Part shown: positions 49,926-63,292 of the stretch, piece by piece
Layout: every line of letters begins with the position of its first letter
Numbering within the stretch: the first letter of the stretch is position 1
NCBI GenBank assembly: GCA_965644265.1
Contig: OZ286459.1
Span: forward strand, 34,906,001 to 34,970,000
Direction: 5' to 3'
From: Glycera tridactyla
Taxonomy: Eukaryota
Length of the DNA stretch: 64,000 nucleotides
The notes under the pieces: model-generated
What the model was told of the DNA's origin: nothing
Seen by the model: only the letters and a program-made list of their open reading frames with translations
Database searches by the model: none
Position numbers and translations under genes: made by a program

Positions 49926-52900
49926 TGCAAGTAATTGCCATGAAATCAATATGTTTTGATGTTTGATTCTGTGTTGCAATGTTCATATGTTTGTTAAATA
50001 TTTTCAATAACTCTAATCCTTTCCTATGGACTTGAAAGCAAGGATTTGTGAGGACCAAACACAGAAAGAGAATTTGGAATGGACCCTATATCCTTTGTAG
50101 ATACATGTGAAAAATGTTTCCACTTCGTTTTGAGTTCACTGATGTAAGTCATGCTTGGTGATATTCGTCATTTGACAACTTGATAATCATCTGTTTTTTC
50201 TGCAACAGCTATTGTCATGAAAATATGCATGAGTCGATGGAATGGTTTTTGATCATTTAGAAGCTGTGTCCTTTACTGTTCAGACATTCAATAAACATTT
50301 ATTTCAATGGCTGCCTTGCTTTAATTACATCTGTCGATCAGTCTTTGAAATGTCCAACATGGGCTGTGAATTTCATATCATGAAACACTGCTGTACTGAT
50401 CTGAGAAGGATCATTTGTTGTATTAATTACTGAGTTTAATTATTCGCCTTGAAGAATGGTGATAAAAATTGCATTTCCATGCCATGATTTCGATTATAAG
50501 ATCTTATTTTGATTGGGTGACGATAAAAGGACCCCCCTTGTGATTCCCCTAACGATATTAGGACCCCTTGACGATATTATGACCCCCCTTGTGACGATAT
50601 TAGGTACCCGGGGTCCAAATATCGTCACCACTAACTTTCCATTTTTGAATCGCTCTAAAAGCCTAAAAAATACAGCTACAATTGATTTTTTTTCGAAATT
50701 CAACACAAAAGAAGTGCAAAAAACAGATGGAAACTGTCCAGGAAGGATACTCAGATCATACATCCAACCCTAGGGTGGGAACTGAAAGTAGTGACCATAT
50801 TAGGACACCCTACGTTAGTAGCTGCCAACAGTTAGCCCGACGCGCTCTCCCTCAGAGCGTCGGGCTATCGATGTTCGCAGCTAGGTATGTACCCAGATAG
50901 CATAAGGACGGCGGCCCGAGATCTGCTAGCGGCGGGTCGGCAGCGGTGGTGGTGGCAGCGGGTGCCCGATGGCGGACCCTCGGTGGTCCGCCATCTGTAG
51001 CCTGTGCCGCCATTGGTAGTGGCATCAGCGACCATGCCCCGGCTCCGGCCTTACCGCCACTGATCCGATACTGATCACGTGATACCACAGGCTCGAGTGT
51101 TTACGTCTGCAGCAGGAGCCTCGTGTTCGGGAGTGCAGACGCCATGTTGTGGATGAGTTGAATGTCTTTTTAGCCTGTTAACTGAATTTCTCCTGACAGT
51201 GTGCTTGTTTGAACAGAGATATGACGAATGAAGGGTGAGAAACCATCACAGCATTACGGGGAACACGTAAGACCGCTGGGTGAGTCAATTTTCATGATTT
51301 TTTTGGAGGGCTGAGTGATCGTGTTTGGAAGGCCTGCAGAGTGCAGTGCTGGAATGCCGGAGACTGCTCGTACCCTGTACACGGAACCACTTGTACCCTC
51401 GGCGATCACGGGTTCACGGGTAGGCTGATTGTCACCTTGCGGTCTCGTGATTCCCGTACTCAGAGCTCAGAATTGTTGACAATCTTCGTTTCAACAAAGT
51501 TCCCAGCTATGAAATTCGATAAAACTTCACATACCTATAGAAATACTTATTGACAACAATCGCTCAAATTATCAAATAAGAATTACTAACAGTTCCTGAT
51601 TAATTATTAGTCAAATCATCGGAAAACCGCCGCGGTTACGAGCTGTCCGGTGATATGCGGGGTACGAGCGGTCTCGGTTATGAGTTGTCCTGATCCCGGG
51701 TTTGTGGAGAGCATGCAGCGAGGTAGACCGAGCTTTCTGCCCCGATCCCGGCCGTGTTTACATATGGCCATTATGGGCGTTTAGTGGCCGCTCCAACGCC
51801 AATATCGAAACAAGGCCATCTACAACGCCAATATCGAAGAAACGGCCGGAAACAGACAGATCGCTCGGTCTAGCAGCGAAGGTGATCATGTGTGTAGCCC
51901 ACCAGCAGCTGTAACCGAACACAGCACGCACCTGCACATGCACATTAATGTAATAGCTGGCCTGCATCTGCCACCTCTCTCACACATGTAATTGACGCGG
52001 TCCTTTTTTATACAAATGCGAGCAAACATGTTCTAATCCAGTGCTCCACGTTGAGGCCTGCCCTACTGGCACAAACATAAAGATTGATGGGTAGGTAGTT
52101 GGTTTTGAGAACTGCCCGCCCTTGTAACAAGTTTATGGTCGAAGACAAAAAACAATAAGCAGACTGCTGTCTGTCAACCTACCTCATATCACTAATGTAT
52201 ACATTTGCCTATCTTGATTCAGACTCAGTGAAATCGGTTCTGATCATGAGGTCACAAAAATCGATGAAACTCTGATCTTGAGTGGTATGCTCATCAGTTT
52301 AGGCCTTGTGCGTCAGATTTCGGCCACTGCATGCATATGCTTGACGCCTGTTGCAAATAAACCTATCGATTAGTGTATTAGGTACAGTGACTATGCCTGG
52401 TGGCCAAAAGAAAAGGATGCCTGGCAAGAGAAAATCAAATCAGAGCACAATCTCACTTTTATTTGAAAAATTCAGGCACAATTTCTCTGATTTATATTCA
52501 AGGACAAAAATCCGGCCTTGGATATATCAATACTCAAGTCACATTTATGTAATTCCTCGGGTAAATGATGCAAAATCCAAAGATAGGCAGGAAAATTCAA
52601 CCAGATATTCAGGTGGGATACCTGGGTAAGATATGTAAAAGGAGAACATTTTTCAGCGAAATCCTTCTGAAGAGCAAAATCCATTTCCACCTGAATCAAT
52701 CTGTCGGGTTTCATATATTGATAAATTCTATCACCAGGTAGGGATTGTATAGCTTTGAGTAATTTTTGGTCAGGGTTCGGGAAAGTGATTTTCAAAGTTC
52801 CTTGAATATACAGCTTGTAAGTCACTCAGGGTCCCAAAATGGGATGTATCAAACCAAAATAAATGCTTCAATACATACCAGTTTCTAGCAGCGAGTGTGC

Positions 52901-53878
52901 CAGGAAATGTGTAATAAGGTGTTCCAGGCATATGATTGTATTTAGTAGGTCTATGTTTTTCATCTTCTTTATGAAATCCATACAGACAAGAATGGGAAAG
53001 GCAGATTGCCCTCTGGCAGATGAAATGATGCTGGTATTTTGAGGAAATTTCAGTATTTCAGTCAGAAAGAGGGCGCAAACCTGTGCCTCATGTCAGGGGG
53101 GGGGGGGGATAATGAACACTAAACTGGTGTGCCTGGAAACCGCTTTTCGGTGGTCTCCTGATGGGGATGGTCTCCAATCGGGGGTCTCTCATTGCAGGGC
53201 CCACTGTGTAGGCAAACTATCAGGAGATAGAAAAAAAGGTGATGACAAAACAACCTGGTGATACAATGTAGTGGCTTGGGTGGTTCACAAAATTCAAAAT
53301 GCAAAAGTTTCTGGAATTGAGCTGAAAGTTTCAAACCTAGTGCTTTTGGGAGAATATAGGGTATCTTCAGGAAATTTTGTTTCAGCGCACTTTCNNNNNN
53401 NNNNNNNNNNNNNNNNNNNNNNNNNNNNNNNNNNNNNNNNNNNNNNNNNNNNNNNNNNNNNNNNNNNNNNNNNNNNNNNNNNNNNNNNNNNNNNNNNNNN
53501 NNNNNNNNNNNNNNNNNNNNNNNNNNNNNNNNNNNNNNNNNNNNNNNNNNNNNNNNNNNNNNNNNNNTCAGTATAGGGCTGACAGGAAGAGTGTGTTGAT
53601 GCTGCACTGGGAGGTAATCAGAGGGACAGATACATCTGCTCGTGACAAGAGGCAGTCTGTGGCTGGAACAGCTACTGCCACTCTTGCAACCAGTTACTAC
53701 GGGCTTCTAAACAAGGCCTCAGAGGGACGAGATACCCTGCACACAGTGGGTCACCCATATCATTGAGATGTTTGGTTGGCTATGTAATAAGACACTGGGT
53801 CACTGTGAAGAATGTGAATATCTAACAGTAGCACCTGTAACCTTTACCTTGTCCTATGACTCAGGGTCACATGCATTG

Positions 53879-54036
53879 CAGGGCGAGAAGACATCAGGAA
53901 AATCAACCTGCCCACCAGGAAAATCAACCTGCCCTGCTTATATAAGCAATTAAAGTCATTTATAATGAATTTCTGCCTGCCCACCTGGAAAATCTACCTG
54001 CCTCGGGCAGGGGGGCAGCTATCTCTTCTCACCCTG
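53879..54036. mobile_element. 158-bp MITE with CAGGG...CCCTG ends (hAT-like); related copy at ~16385-16480
   Basis: TIR CAGGG(C/T)GAGAAGA; CATTG directly on both flanks. Confidence 0.6.
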
Positions 54037-54639
54037 CATTGAAAGGGAGATGTTGCAACATTGCTTGATCATGCCAGCTCAGTTTAATCTTTATCCAAAA
54101 ATGCTAGCCTGAGTTATTGTGCGAGATGCAGAAATAAAAAACCTTGACCTTGACCTTTTACCTCGGGTCACATGAATCAAAATGGAAATGTCTTACCAGT
54201 TTGGTGCATATCGATCAATTCAAGCTTGAGCTGTTGTGTAAAATGAGAAACTCTTTGAACTGCTGTGACCTTGACCTACCTTCGGGTACAAAAATCAAAT
54301 TCTGGAATATGATTATTCCATAGATCCCAGTTATGAAGTTTTATGGAAATTGAACCATCTGATCCAAAAGGATAGTACACATAATAGAAAGCCATTATTA
54401 ACAATCAAGCTCACAAATATCCACTGACAACCATAACTTGCTGGCCCAGTCAAACCTGCAATCAGGCCTACCTAACTGCACACAAATCTACAGATTATTT
54501 ATATTACTGTATATCAAAAGTGAAAGATGTAGATCTACAAATTATTTTACAAATAAGGTCAAACTGCTCTATAAAGACTGCCTTCAGTCGCATAAATAAG
54601 TGGCCTTTATACACCACACACACACACACACCACATATA

Positions 54640-55244
54640 CAGTCAAACCCCTCTGTAGAGACCGCCTTTGGTCGCACCAAAATGTGGTCTTTATAGGGAG
54701 GTATACACGTATTTGACTGCCAAACAGTTTACGTTTTGAAGTCCGACCCCCCCCCCCATGTGAACCCCCTCCCCCCCCCCCCCCCACATGTGCACTGGCG
54801 TGTTCGCAAAATTTCGTCACCGGGTATGAGGTTAAATGCGCCAGAACGTGGTAAGCCATGGGATGGTTAGGATTGGGGTTTATTTACATTGAAATCCCGA
54901 TGACGTCACCAGGGTACCCCTATCCAGTGAGTTGTTGGTGGGTTTTTCATTAAGGATTCGTTAAACAAACAGTCGTTTTTCACGGAAATTCCGCTTTTTT
55001 CCAGATTTCCACGACCTTGCCGTTTTAATAACTGTTTCCGTTGTTGTGCCACAAAAGTGCCAATATCCGTTAAAACGGCCTTTTTTCTGTTATCGTTGAA
55101 AAAGCACATCCCTGTATAAAGACCACCCTGAGCTGCGACCATGATATTAATTTCAATGGTGGACAACCTCTCTATAAAGACCACCTGCCCTTAATACCAC
55201 TATTTGATGCGACCAAAGGCGGTCTTTATAGACAGGTTCGACTG
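54640..55244. mobile_element. Tc1/mariner-pogo type MITE (605 bp)
   Basis: TA|CAGTCAAACC...GACCGCCTTTGGTCGCA and TGCGACCAAAGGCGGTC...GGTTCGACTG|TA; ~40-bp TIRs, TA duplication. Related ends at ~21400-21455, ~53130-53200, ~55720-55860. Confidence 0.88.
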
Positions 55245-56739
55245 TACAATCAAATGCAGATTGATGGGTAGGGAATAAGACACCAGAATGTTCGATGGTA
55301 TAATGTGCATGTTCAAAAAGTGTTTTTTGTGTCAAAATTGTATCTTTGCAGTCAATGTGAAATATTCTGTACTATGTGCAAATCGGCATGTTTTTTGCCA
55401 AACCTCAGAATGAGAGAATTTCTGCCCATTGGTAGATATTTTAAGTCAGGGATGTGATTGGCTCACAACTGGAAACCCTGAAAACCTGACCGGAGGTGCT
55501 TATCATCAAATTTCATGGACCAAGAAACCCTCACAGCTTATTGACTGATGGCTACTATGACTGCATATAAACTACCGTATGTGCTTCATCTCCACTAATA
55601 CTGGTCTGATTTTCATTATCTAAAATCCAAAACGTTTAGCATGAGATGTTTTTTGCTGTATTTGTGATGAACAACCCATGAATCACATATCTGTTTAGGT
55701 ACAAGAAAACTCCTCAATAGGAGACCACCTCCAACAGGAGACTGCTTTCGCAGGGCAGCTTCTCTATTTAACATAGTCAAATACACCTCTGATCATAGAC
55801 CACCTCTATTGAAAGACCACTATTCGGTGATATTTAGGGGGGTCTCTCGCCGCAGGTTTCTATATATATGTTGAAACAGAATAATCTTTCTGTTTGATTG
55901 GACGTCAAGCTATGCAGAAACATAGTCATGTGGACCATCCATTTTTCAAGAAAAACATCGTGAAATTTTTTTTTGACCCTGCCAGCCAAAATGATCAAAA
56001 TAACATTTTCTTGAGCAACAACCACTAAGCTCATAAACTTGATTCCTGGATCAGATCAAAAATCCCTCGAAGCATTATACATTTAAATAAACTTTTTATC
56101 CAAGATAATATATTTTCAAAAAGGTTTTTCCGTCGGAGACGGTACTATTTTCACTTTGGGATTCCCACTCAATCTAGACATTACTATCGTCCATTTTACG
56201 GGGTCATCCGCCATGATTTGAATATGTTTGACACACATGTTCCGTGGGACACCATTTGTAAACGATCGCTATTTCATTATCAGAAGTGAACAGAAACTGC
56301 ATAAAACATAAGCGAAATGTGTCAGAAACATTCCTTATTGCGTGAAATACTGCTAAATTCGGATATTGTAGATGACTGACTGTGTGAGAACGTTTAAGAA
56401 GAAAAATATTTTATCAAAAGCGACACACGGTGGATAAAGAGAGCGCTAATCCTGGGGAAACCCTTCTGTGACGTCATAACAGCTCGCAAACATGGCGTGC
56501 AGGGAAGAAGTTGCCACTCGATCGATAGTTCACTGTTTCTGGCGAGTATACGACGGATTCACGCAATTTATACATGGGTTATACACAGCTGGATATGAAT
56601 TACTTCATTTCATCATCAAGATGAGTCATAGTAATCTTATTCGCCGGTGAAGTCTCTGTTGTTCTCGCCGAATGCTATTAACTACTATTAGCGTGTGTGC
56701 GCACGCTCCTGTCATTGTCAAACAACAGTCTCTCCTCCT

Positions 56740-56764
56740 TAGCGATGATGATGTTTCTCGCTTG

Positions 56765-56826
<62 letters not shown>

Positions 56827-57500
56827 CGTTTGCCAGTCTCTCCTCCCTGGCGATGATGATGTTTCTCGCTGGCATTCACGCCACTGAANNNNNNNNNNNN
56901 NNNNNNNNNNNNNNNNNNNNNNNNNNNNNNNNNNNNNNNNNNNNNNNNNNNNNNNNNNNNNNNNNNNNNNNNNNNNNNNNNNNNNNNNNNNNNNNNNNNN
57001 NNNNNNNNNNNNNNNNNNNNNNNNNNNNNNNNNNNNNNNNNNNNNNNNNNNNGGCCCCGACAACCATCACCCCATTGACCACCACCAGCACCACCCCCAT
57101 GGACCACCACCACCACCATGGACAACCACCCCCATGGCCCCAACAATCACCACCCCAATAGACCACCTCCATGGAACACCACCGACCCCATGGACCACCA
57201 CCACCACCCCCATGGTTCACCACCAACCCATTGACCACCACTACCACCCACCACCACCCCATCGACCACCGACGCCACCCCATCGACCACCACAACCACC
57301 ACTGCTCCCATGGACCACCACTCCATGGTCCGCCACCACCCCAATGACCACCACCACCACTCCAACGACCACCAGCACTACCCCATTTACCACCCCCCTG
57401 CACCACCACCACCACTATCTGTCTGTCTTTGTGGTCCCACCCCCCCCCCCTCTCTCTCTTTCCTTCCCTCCCCCTCTCTCCCCTCTCTCTCTCTCTCTCC
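56740..57500. repeat. (CT)n microsatellite with duplicated flanks, N-gap, and (ACC)/ccccatggacc low-complexity array
   Basis: Direct reading; accounts for all ORF calls in 56672-57640. Confidence 0.9.
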
Positions 57501-59792
57501 ACTTCATGCATTCTCCCCCTTTAAATCACCACCTCTCCACTGTAAATCGACGACCATTCTTCTTTTTGAAGAAATTTCATGTTTACGTATATAGTCCCTC
57601 TGATCCAGTTGCTGCAACTTATCTCAGTAGGAAATTCTGAAGATTCCAACAAATACTTTTGACCGTGAGAACCATCATTGATGTAAATCAATTTTGATTG
57701 TTTGTAGAGTCTGGGGGCCGAATTATCAATGAGCAGGTGGATTGATTGATTGATGAGTGGTGGTTTGATTGATCTCAACTATGACCTCCAAATCTGGTTA
57801 TGATCCACCAGCTCAAGGCATAGAATTCATCGGCAATGATTATCTATTGTGGAGTCCCTCTTTTGATGTAATTGTTCTGTGTGATTTTGTGCAAAATTAA
57901 TGATTCCCTATAAGAAAATCGTTTTCCCGGAACATAACCAAACTATGAAGAAATTGAAAACCTGATTTTATTCAAAGTCAGGAAAAGTCAAATGCTAAAG
58001 AGGAGCATGGTTTTATTACGGCCGCCACCTCCTTGTTCAACTGCCACTATAAACACATCTGATTACCACGGATCAATGCTCATCTCTAGGGGTGGGGGCT
58101 GAGTTGACAGTAGCATCTGCATGAAATCACCTGTTTTCAGAGACCACTTGCCCACAAAGCACACTGTCAGTCAAGAACCATTTCATTCCACAGTAGAACC
58201 CAGAATAAGAGACCCTCTGATCACATTCTGGAAACCCCTCTTCTGTTTGACTTACTCTCATTCAGTCTGCTTTTCAAATAGGGCATGTAGATCTGAGATA
58301 TTCCTTCCTTGGTGAATGTGATGGCTAGAAACTTGGCATGTTTCATAGTGCAATTCTCCCTACATATCCTCTCTGATTTGGTAAGAAAAATGCAAACTTC
58401 AGTAAGAAGTAAGGAATTTAAACTTCCATGAAACCTGCGGGCACCCAGATGTACTGTTATCTTGTTAAATAATCTGCGCTGTTTAATGAAAATCTTGGTC
58501 AGGTAAGTTCTGTAGAAGTCAGGGAAATTCCGGGAATCTTCATGTGTCTGATCGGTATCGGAATTGACTGTGTAAATTTGAGCTCATTTATTTTGTTGGA
58601 TTGTTTCTTTCACTCGTATCCAATTTACTAATTTCATATTTGATGTCAGCCAGTCAGCTGAGCTGCTGCAAAATGTCATTACATTTCCTTTCCAATAGGT
58701 GATGTGTTGCTGGGGGCAGGGAATGCAGATTCATCCAAGGACTGAATGAGGATACTGCAAGAAAATGCTTCATTGAAATAGTGTCTCGCAGGATACCACA
58801 TCAACATGTCCGAATGCAAACTTAAATCACCAGATATCAAGAGGATTGACCTAATAAAAGGTGATTATGCGCTGAATGAGTTTGGCTTATGAAAGTGTTG
58901 GACTGTGCCACCAGACAGAGAATGCACTATCTCTATTGTTGGAGTTGAGTCCAGGAAAGTGATTTCGAATATTTCTTAACTAAACAGACTGAAACCCATT
59001 CAGGATGCTAAAATGGGATGTACAAACACTGTACATGAATTACCGTACGTGTTGGATTAAAAAAGGTGATGAATCAAAGAGAATGGGACAAACCTGAGTA
59101 TACCATGCTTCAGATGACAGTCAAGAGTCCATCCCTTCAATGACTACTCAAAAGTGAGCGGAAGTCCTATCTGATTAAAATTCAGCGATCTCTTAGAAGG
59201 TTGGACTCCTGCTGGGTGATTACCCCAGTGATTATAGACACCCGAATACCCCTTGTAAAACCAACTGGCTTATGGTCTGCCACCTCCCTCACATCTGGAA
59301 TTACACAGGGCCCCGTCTTGATACCAGTATAACATTTTTAAGGATGGCAGTTTGTCAGGCTTGATGTAATTGAGGCAGATGAAGGATGCAAGAAAATTGT
59401 GTGAGATTTTTCAGATGCTTATCTGGATTGCCTCCAAGAAGAAAAACTTTTAGCAAATGATTTTAGCAAAATGGAAATAATTTTAACAATGCAGAAATCA
59501 TTATGTTGGAATCAGAAAGTATTTCATTGAATCAGTTCACAAACATTGAAAATTGATGGCATTCTTATGTCAAATCAATTTCTATATCAGTTCTTCCACC
59601 AAAATAAATGGAATTAGGAAAACATTCATTCACAACAAGGCTCACATGCACGCTGCTTNNNNNNNNNNNNNNNNNNNNNNNNNNNNNNNNNNNNNNNNNN
59701 NNNNNNNNNNNNNNNNNNNNNNNNNNNNNNNNNNNNNNNNNNNNNNNNNNNNNNNNNNNNNNNNNNNNNNNNNNNNNNNNNNNNNNNNNNNN

Positions 59793-61753
59793 AAGTCAAC
59801 CCCCGATTTCGCCTCCAAAAGTCAGGATTCAGTCAATTTCTTGTATATAAGTCGACCCCATATTCTTGGTCAAACAATGCCAGGCGAATTGTAAATTACC
59901 GGCAAGAATATCAATGAGAAATGACACTTTAACCACTGAGAGAAGCCAATTCGCACCTTACCCCGGCTATCTGTAGTCGTTCGCGCCGTCACACATCAAT
60001 AATTCATGGGTCCAATCCATGATAAGATGCTTCCTGCTGCTGACAACACGTGTCAACACCGAATATTCCTGTATTTTGCAATAAAAACGAAAGGCTGGCA
60101 TGTTTTATAGCAATTTGGGTGGTATTGTTATGAAGTCAGAATTCTTGGATGTACATCAAAACCAGAGCTGCATCCAGGAATTCATCAAGTGGGGCCAATT
60201 TCATGCCAATTGGCGCCATTTGTAGAAGAGATGGCGCCAATTCTGAAAAATTGGCGCCAGCAGAAAGACTGGATTCATAAATTGTCACAGGATACATTTG
60301 TCCTGCCAAATCGATGTCTAGGAAACGTGGCCAACTGGCTGGTATTCATGCACGATTCTTCTCCAACCCATCATCAGTTCCGACTATCGCCGTGGAAGAC
60401 GAGGTGGCGCTGCGAAAATTCATTTCTACATGAATGTTCACCATCTCACGGATATTTGACGAACTGCGCAGTTTGAAACGTGCGCGCTGATTGGTCAAGA
60501 TCGACCAGTTTAGTGTCCACGAGCCAATCAGGAATGAGATGACATTTAGCCGTCGTCTTCTCACCATGAGCAATGGCTGCAGTGAGTCATATCGCCAGAT
60601 TTTCTCAGATTAAACATCATAGAATACAGGTTTGTGGCGCGGTTTGTGGCACGACAAAAGCGTAGCGGTTGGCGCGCAGTCATATTCGAATCGCGCCAAT
60701 GTTTGTTTTTTTGGCGTAAATCCCGCCAAGGCACGGCCTGGATGCCGCTCTGCAAAACACAGAACCAATTTGCATACAGTCTTGACCTCATCATTTGCTC
60801 GAGATGGCGGAACTATCTGGATTTGTTGTTTCCGTCTAATGTTTTCATCATGTTTATGGCGAAATCATGAGGATTTTCTCAAAAACAATCAAGTAGAGTC
60901 ACCATTCCTGTGTTTGGTAGTATTTATAGACATCCGGGTGTATTCTGGCCATTTTCGGGCGTGATCAGGATTTGAGAAAAACATCGTTGGCAAGGCCGAA
61001 AGAGCATGTATTTCGCGATGAGAATGAAAGGCTGGCTTCACCAATAGCGATTTGGGCGCCATTGTTAGGTCATGTGATGAAGCTGAAGACCCGGATGTAC
61101 AAACCAAAATACCTAATTTGCATACGGCCTTGACCTCATCACCTTGCTCAAGATGGCGGAACTTTCTCGAATTGTTGTTTCTGATCAATGTTTTCATCAC
61201 ATTTATGGCGAAATCATCACGATTCCCTCAGAAGCAATCATCGAACTTGCCATTAGATTCGATATTCGTGCATCCGGGGCTATTTATTGACATCCATCAA
61301 GTTTTTTTTGCGTTTCAAGAGCGATCGGCAGTAGTCATGAAACGAACATTTTCAGCATCAGTCTTCAACAACCGGCAAGTGTTTCGCAATGCCGTCGGTA
61401 CTCATGATAGATTCTGTGTCATAAGAATATTAATTTCTCAGGAACCACTTGATGAATCGACTAACGGCTTATGGCATGAGAAATAGAACAATATTGCTGA
61501 CAAATCTCCCGCATGGATAGAATTTTACTGGTTGGGGAAGCTTGTCAAATTTGATGATATTTAGACGTGTTTTTGTTGGTTCTTTTGAAATCCAAGATGG
61601 CGGCGGCCGCTAGCGAGCCCTTACCTGCTCACAGGTCTTGTTCACTTTGACATTTCGTTCTGACGAAATTCATACTTGTGTATAAGTCGCCCCCTGCTTT
61701 TTCCCCGATTTTTTGTCATCAAAAAATGGGCTTGGATGGGAGTATATACGGTA
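59793..61753. mobile_element. Non-autonomous pogo/Tc2-like DNA transposon; left end inside N-gap
   Basis: Right end ...tataagtcgccccc...gagtatatacgg|TA; left part ...aagtcaacccccg...tataagtcgaccc; internal ~200-bp direct repeat (~60760 and ~61110); related decayed piece at ~63420-63735. Confidence 0.65.
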
Positions 61754-62081
61754 GTCTATTTCTCTGCAAATCAGGTATTTTTCATGCGGTTTTGGGTTTA
61801 ATTCTGATGATTCTATAGCAGCCATTTACAAATGGTAGCCCACTTAGTGTGTGAGGTGAACCTTGTCAAATCGGGCCACAAAATGGATGATAGTATTGTC
61901 TATAGTGGCAGGGACTCCCAAACTGAAACCGACATAAAAGAATTCTTATTTCATATGTTAGCAGTCATTATGTACACCTGTATTCATTTGCTGCATTCTA
62001 TTTTAGTAGGAAATTAAAAAAAAAACATTTTTGACTGTGATTAATTTTGATTGATTGGAGAATGTGGGGGTCAAATGATCA

Positions 62082-63292
62082 ATGAGCAGGTGGATTGATT
62101 GATTGATAAGTGGTGGATTGATTGATCCCAACTACAACCTCAAAATCAGGTCAAGATCCACCAGCTCGAGGCATAGAATTGATTGGTAATGATTTTTCAT
62201 TGTGGCATCCCTCTTTTGATCTCATTGTTCTGTGTAATTTTGTGCAAAATTCATGATTCCCTATAAGAAAATCATTTTTCCAAAAAAATGACCAAAATAG
62301 GAAGAAATTGAAAACCTAATTTTATTTAATTAGACGAGGTGGTGGTGGTGGTGGTGGGGGTGGTGGTGGTGGTAGTGGTGGCGGCAGCAGTGGTAGTGGT
62401 GGTGATGGTGATGCCTATAGTTAATCAGAAGCTGAGAGATGAAGGGAAGGACATCATCCCAGCTCAAGTCAGGAAAAGTCAAATACCCCTTCTGGGTGCA
62501 AGGTCGAACGGGAGCCTGGTCAAGATGTCCCTTATGCAAGAGGAATTCTCGATGGTTATATTATGGCCACCACCTGCTAGTTCAATTGCCACTATAAACA
62601 CATCCGATAACCACGGATGAATGCTTATCTCTAGGGGTAGGGGGTGGGGTGAAACTCCAGCTCGGGATGGACATATGACTGATGAGTGATCTTCAATATT
62701 TCAGAATGTAACTGGTTGAAACCCACACATTATGCCAAAATACATGATTTATACAAGGGTAAAATGATGGAATTGGACACAGTCATAGGTCCATCCCGAG
62801 CTGGAGTTTCACCCCACCCCCTACCCCTAGAGATAAGCATTCATCCGTGGTAATCGGATGTGTTTATAGTGGGAGTTGAACTAGCAGGGGGTGGCCTAAT
62901 AAAACCATCAAGAATTCCTCTTGCATAAGGGGCATCTGACTAGACCAGGCTCCTGTTCAACCTTGCAAGCAGAAGGGGAATTAGAATTTTCCTGACTTGA
63001 GCTGGGGTGATGTCCTTCCCCTCATCTCTCAGCTTCTGATGTACAGTACTACCACTACCGCAACCACTGCTGCCACCACTGCCACTGCCACCATCACCAC
63101 CACCAACACCACAAATTGAATGAAATCAGGTTTTCAAATCATTCATATTTTGATTATTTTCTTGGAAAAATTATTTTCTTATAGGGAATCATGAATTTTG
63201 CACAAAATTACACAGAACAGTGAGATCAAAAGAGGGATCGCGCAATGAAAAATCAATCCACCACTCGTCAATCAATCAATCCACCTGCTCAT
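62082..63292. repeat. ~1.2-kb imperfect palindrome, arms 62082-62680 and 62781-63292, 100-bp spacer; a third, direct copy of the arm at ~57690-58110
   Basis: ctcgggatggacatatgact (62661-62680) vs agtcataggtccatcccgag (62781-62800); atgagcaggtggattgattg vs caatcaatccacctgctcat at the outer ends. Confidence 0.92.

Larger units (their letters stand above)
44397..50815 (-). mobile_element. Academ-like DNA transposon, non-autonomous (6419 bp)
   Basis: Perfect 21-bp TIRs ACGTAGGGTGTCCTAATATGG (44397-44417, 50795-50815), TA on both flanks, subterminal GGGGTCCTAATATCGTCAC-like repeats at both ends, decayed transposase inside. Confidence 0.78.

Noticed and set aside
52472-52825. 117-aa minus-strand ORF of ordinary composition
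   Set aside because: No recognisable domain, no ATG start and no convincing splice partners.
56672-57640. Gly/Trp-, Thr/Pro- and Glu/Arg-rich ORFs
   Set aside because: Products of microsatellites, (ACC)n tracts and an N-gap.
58690-59460. Coding-like stretch with KPTGLW, reminiscent of YqaJ-type recombinase domains
   Set aside because: The following GASPDG and EVKCP motifs are absent and all frames are interrupted.
62563-62896. CTCF-like motifs in both palindrome arms (also one near 16125)
   Set aside because: Two mismatches to the core consensus in G-rich repeat sequence; not distinguishable from chance without data.
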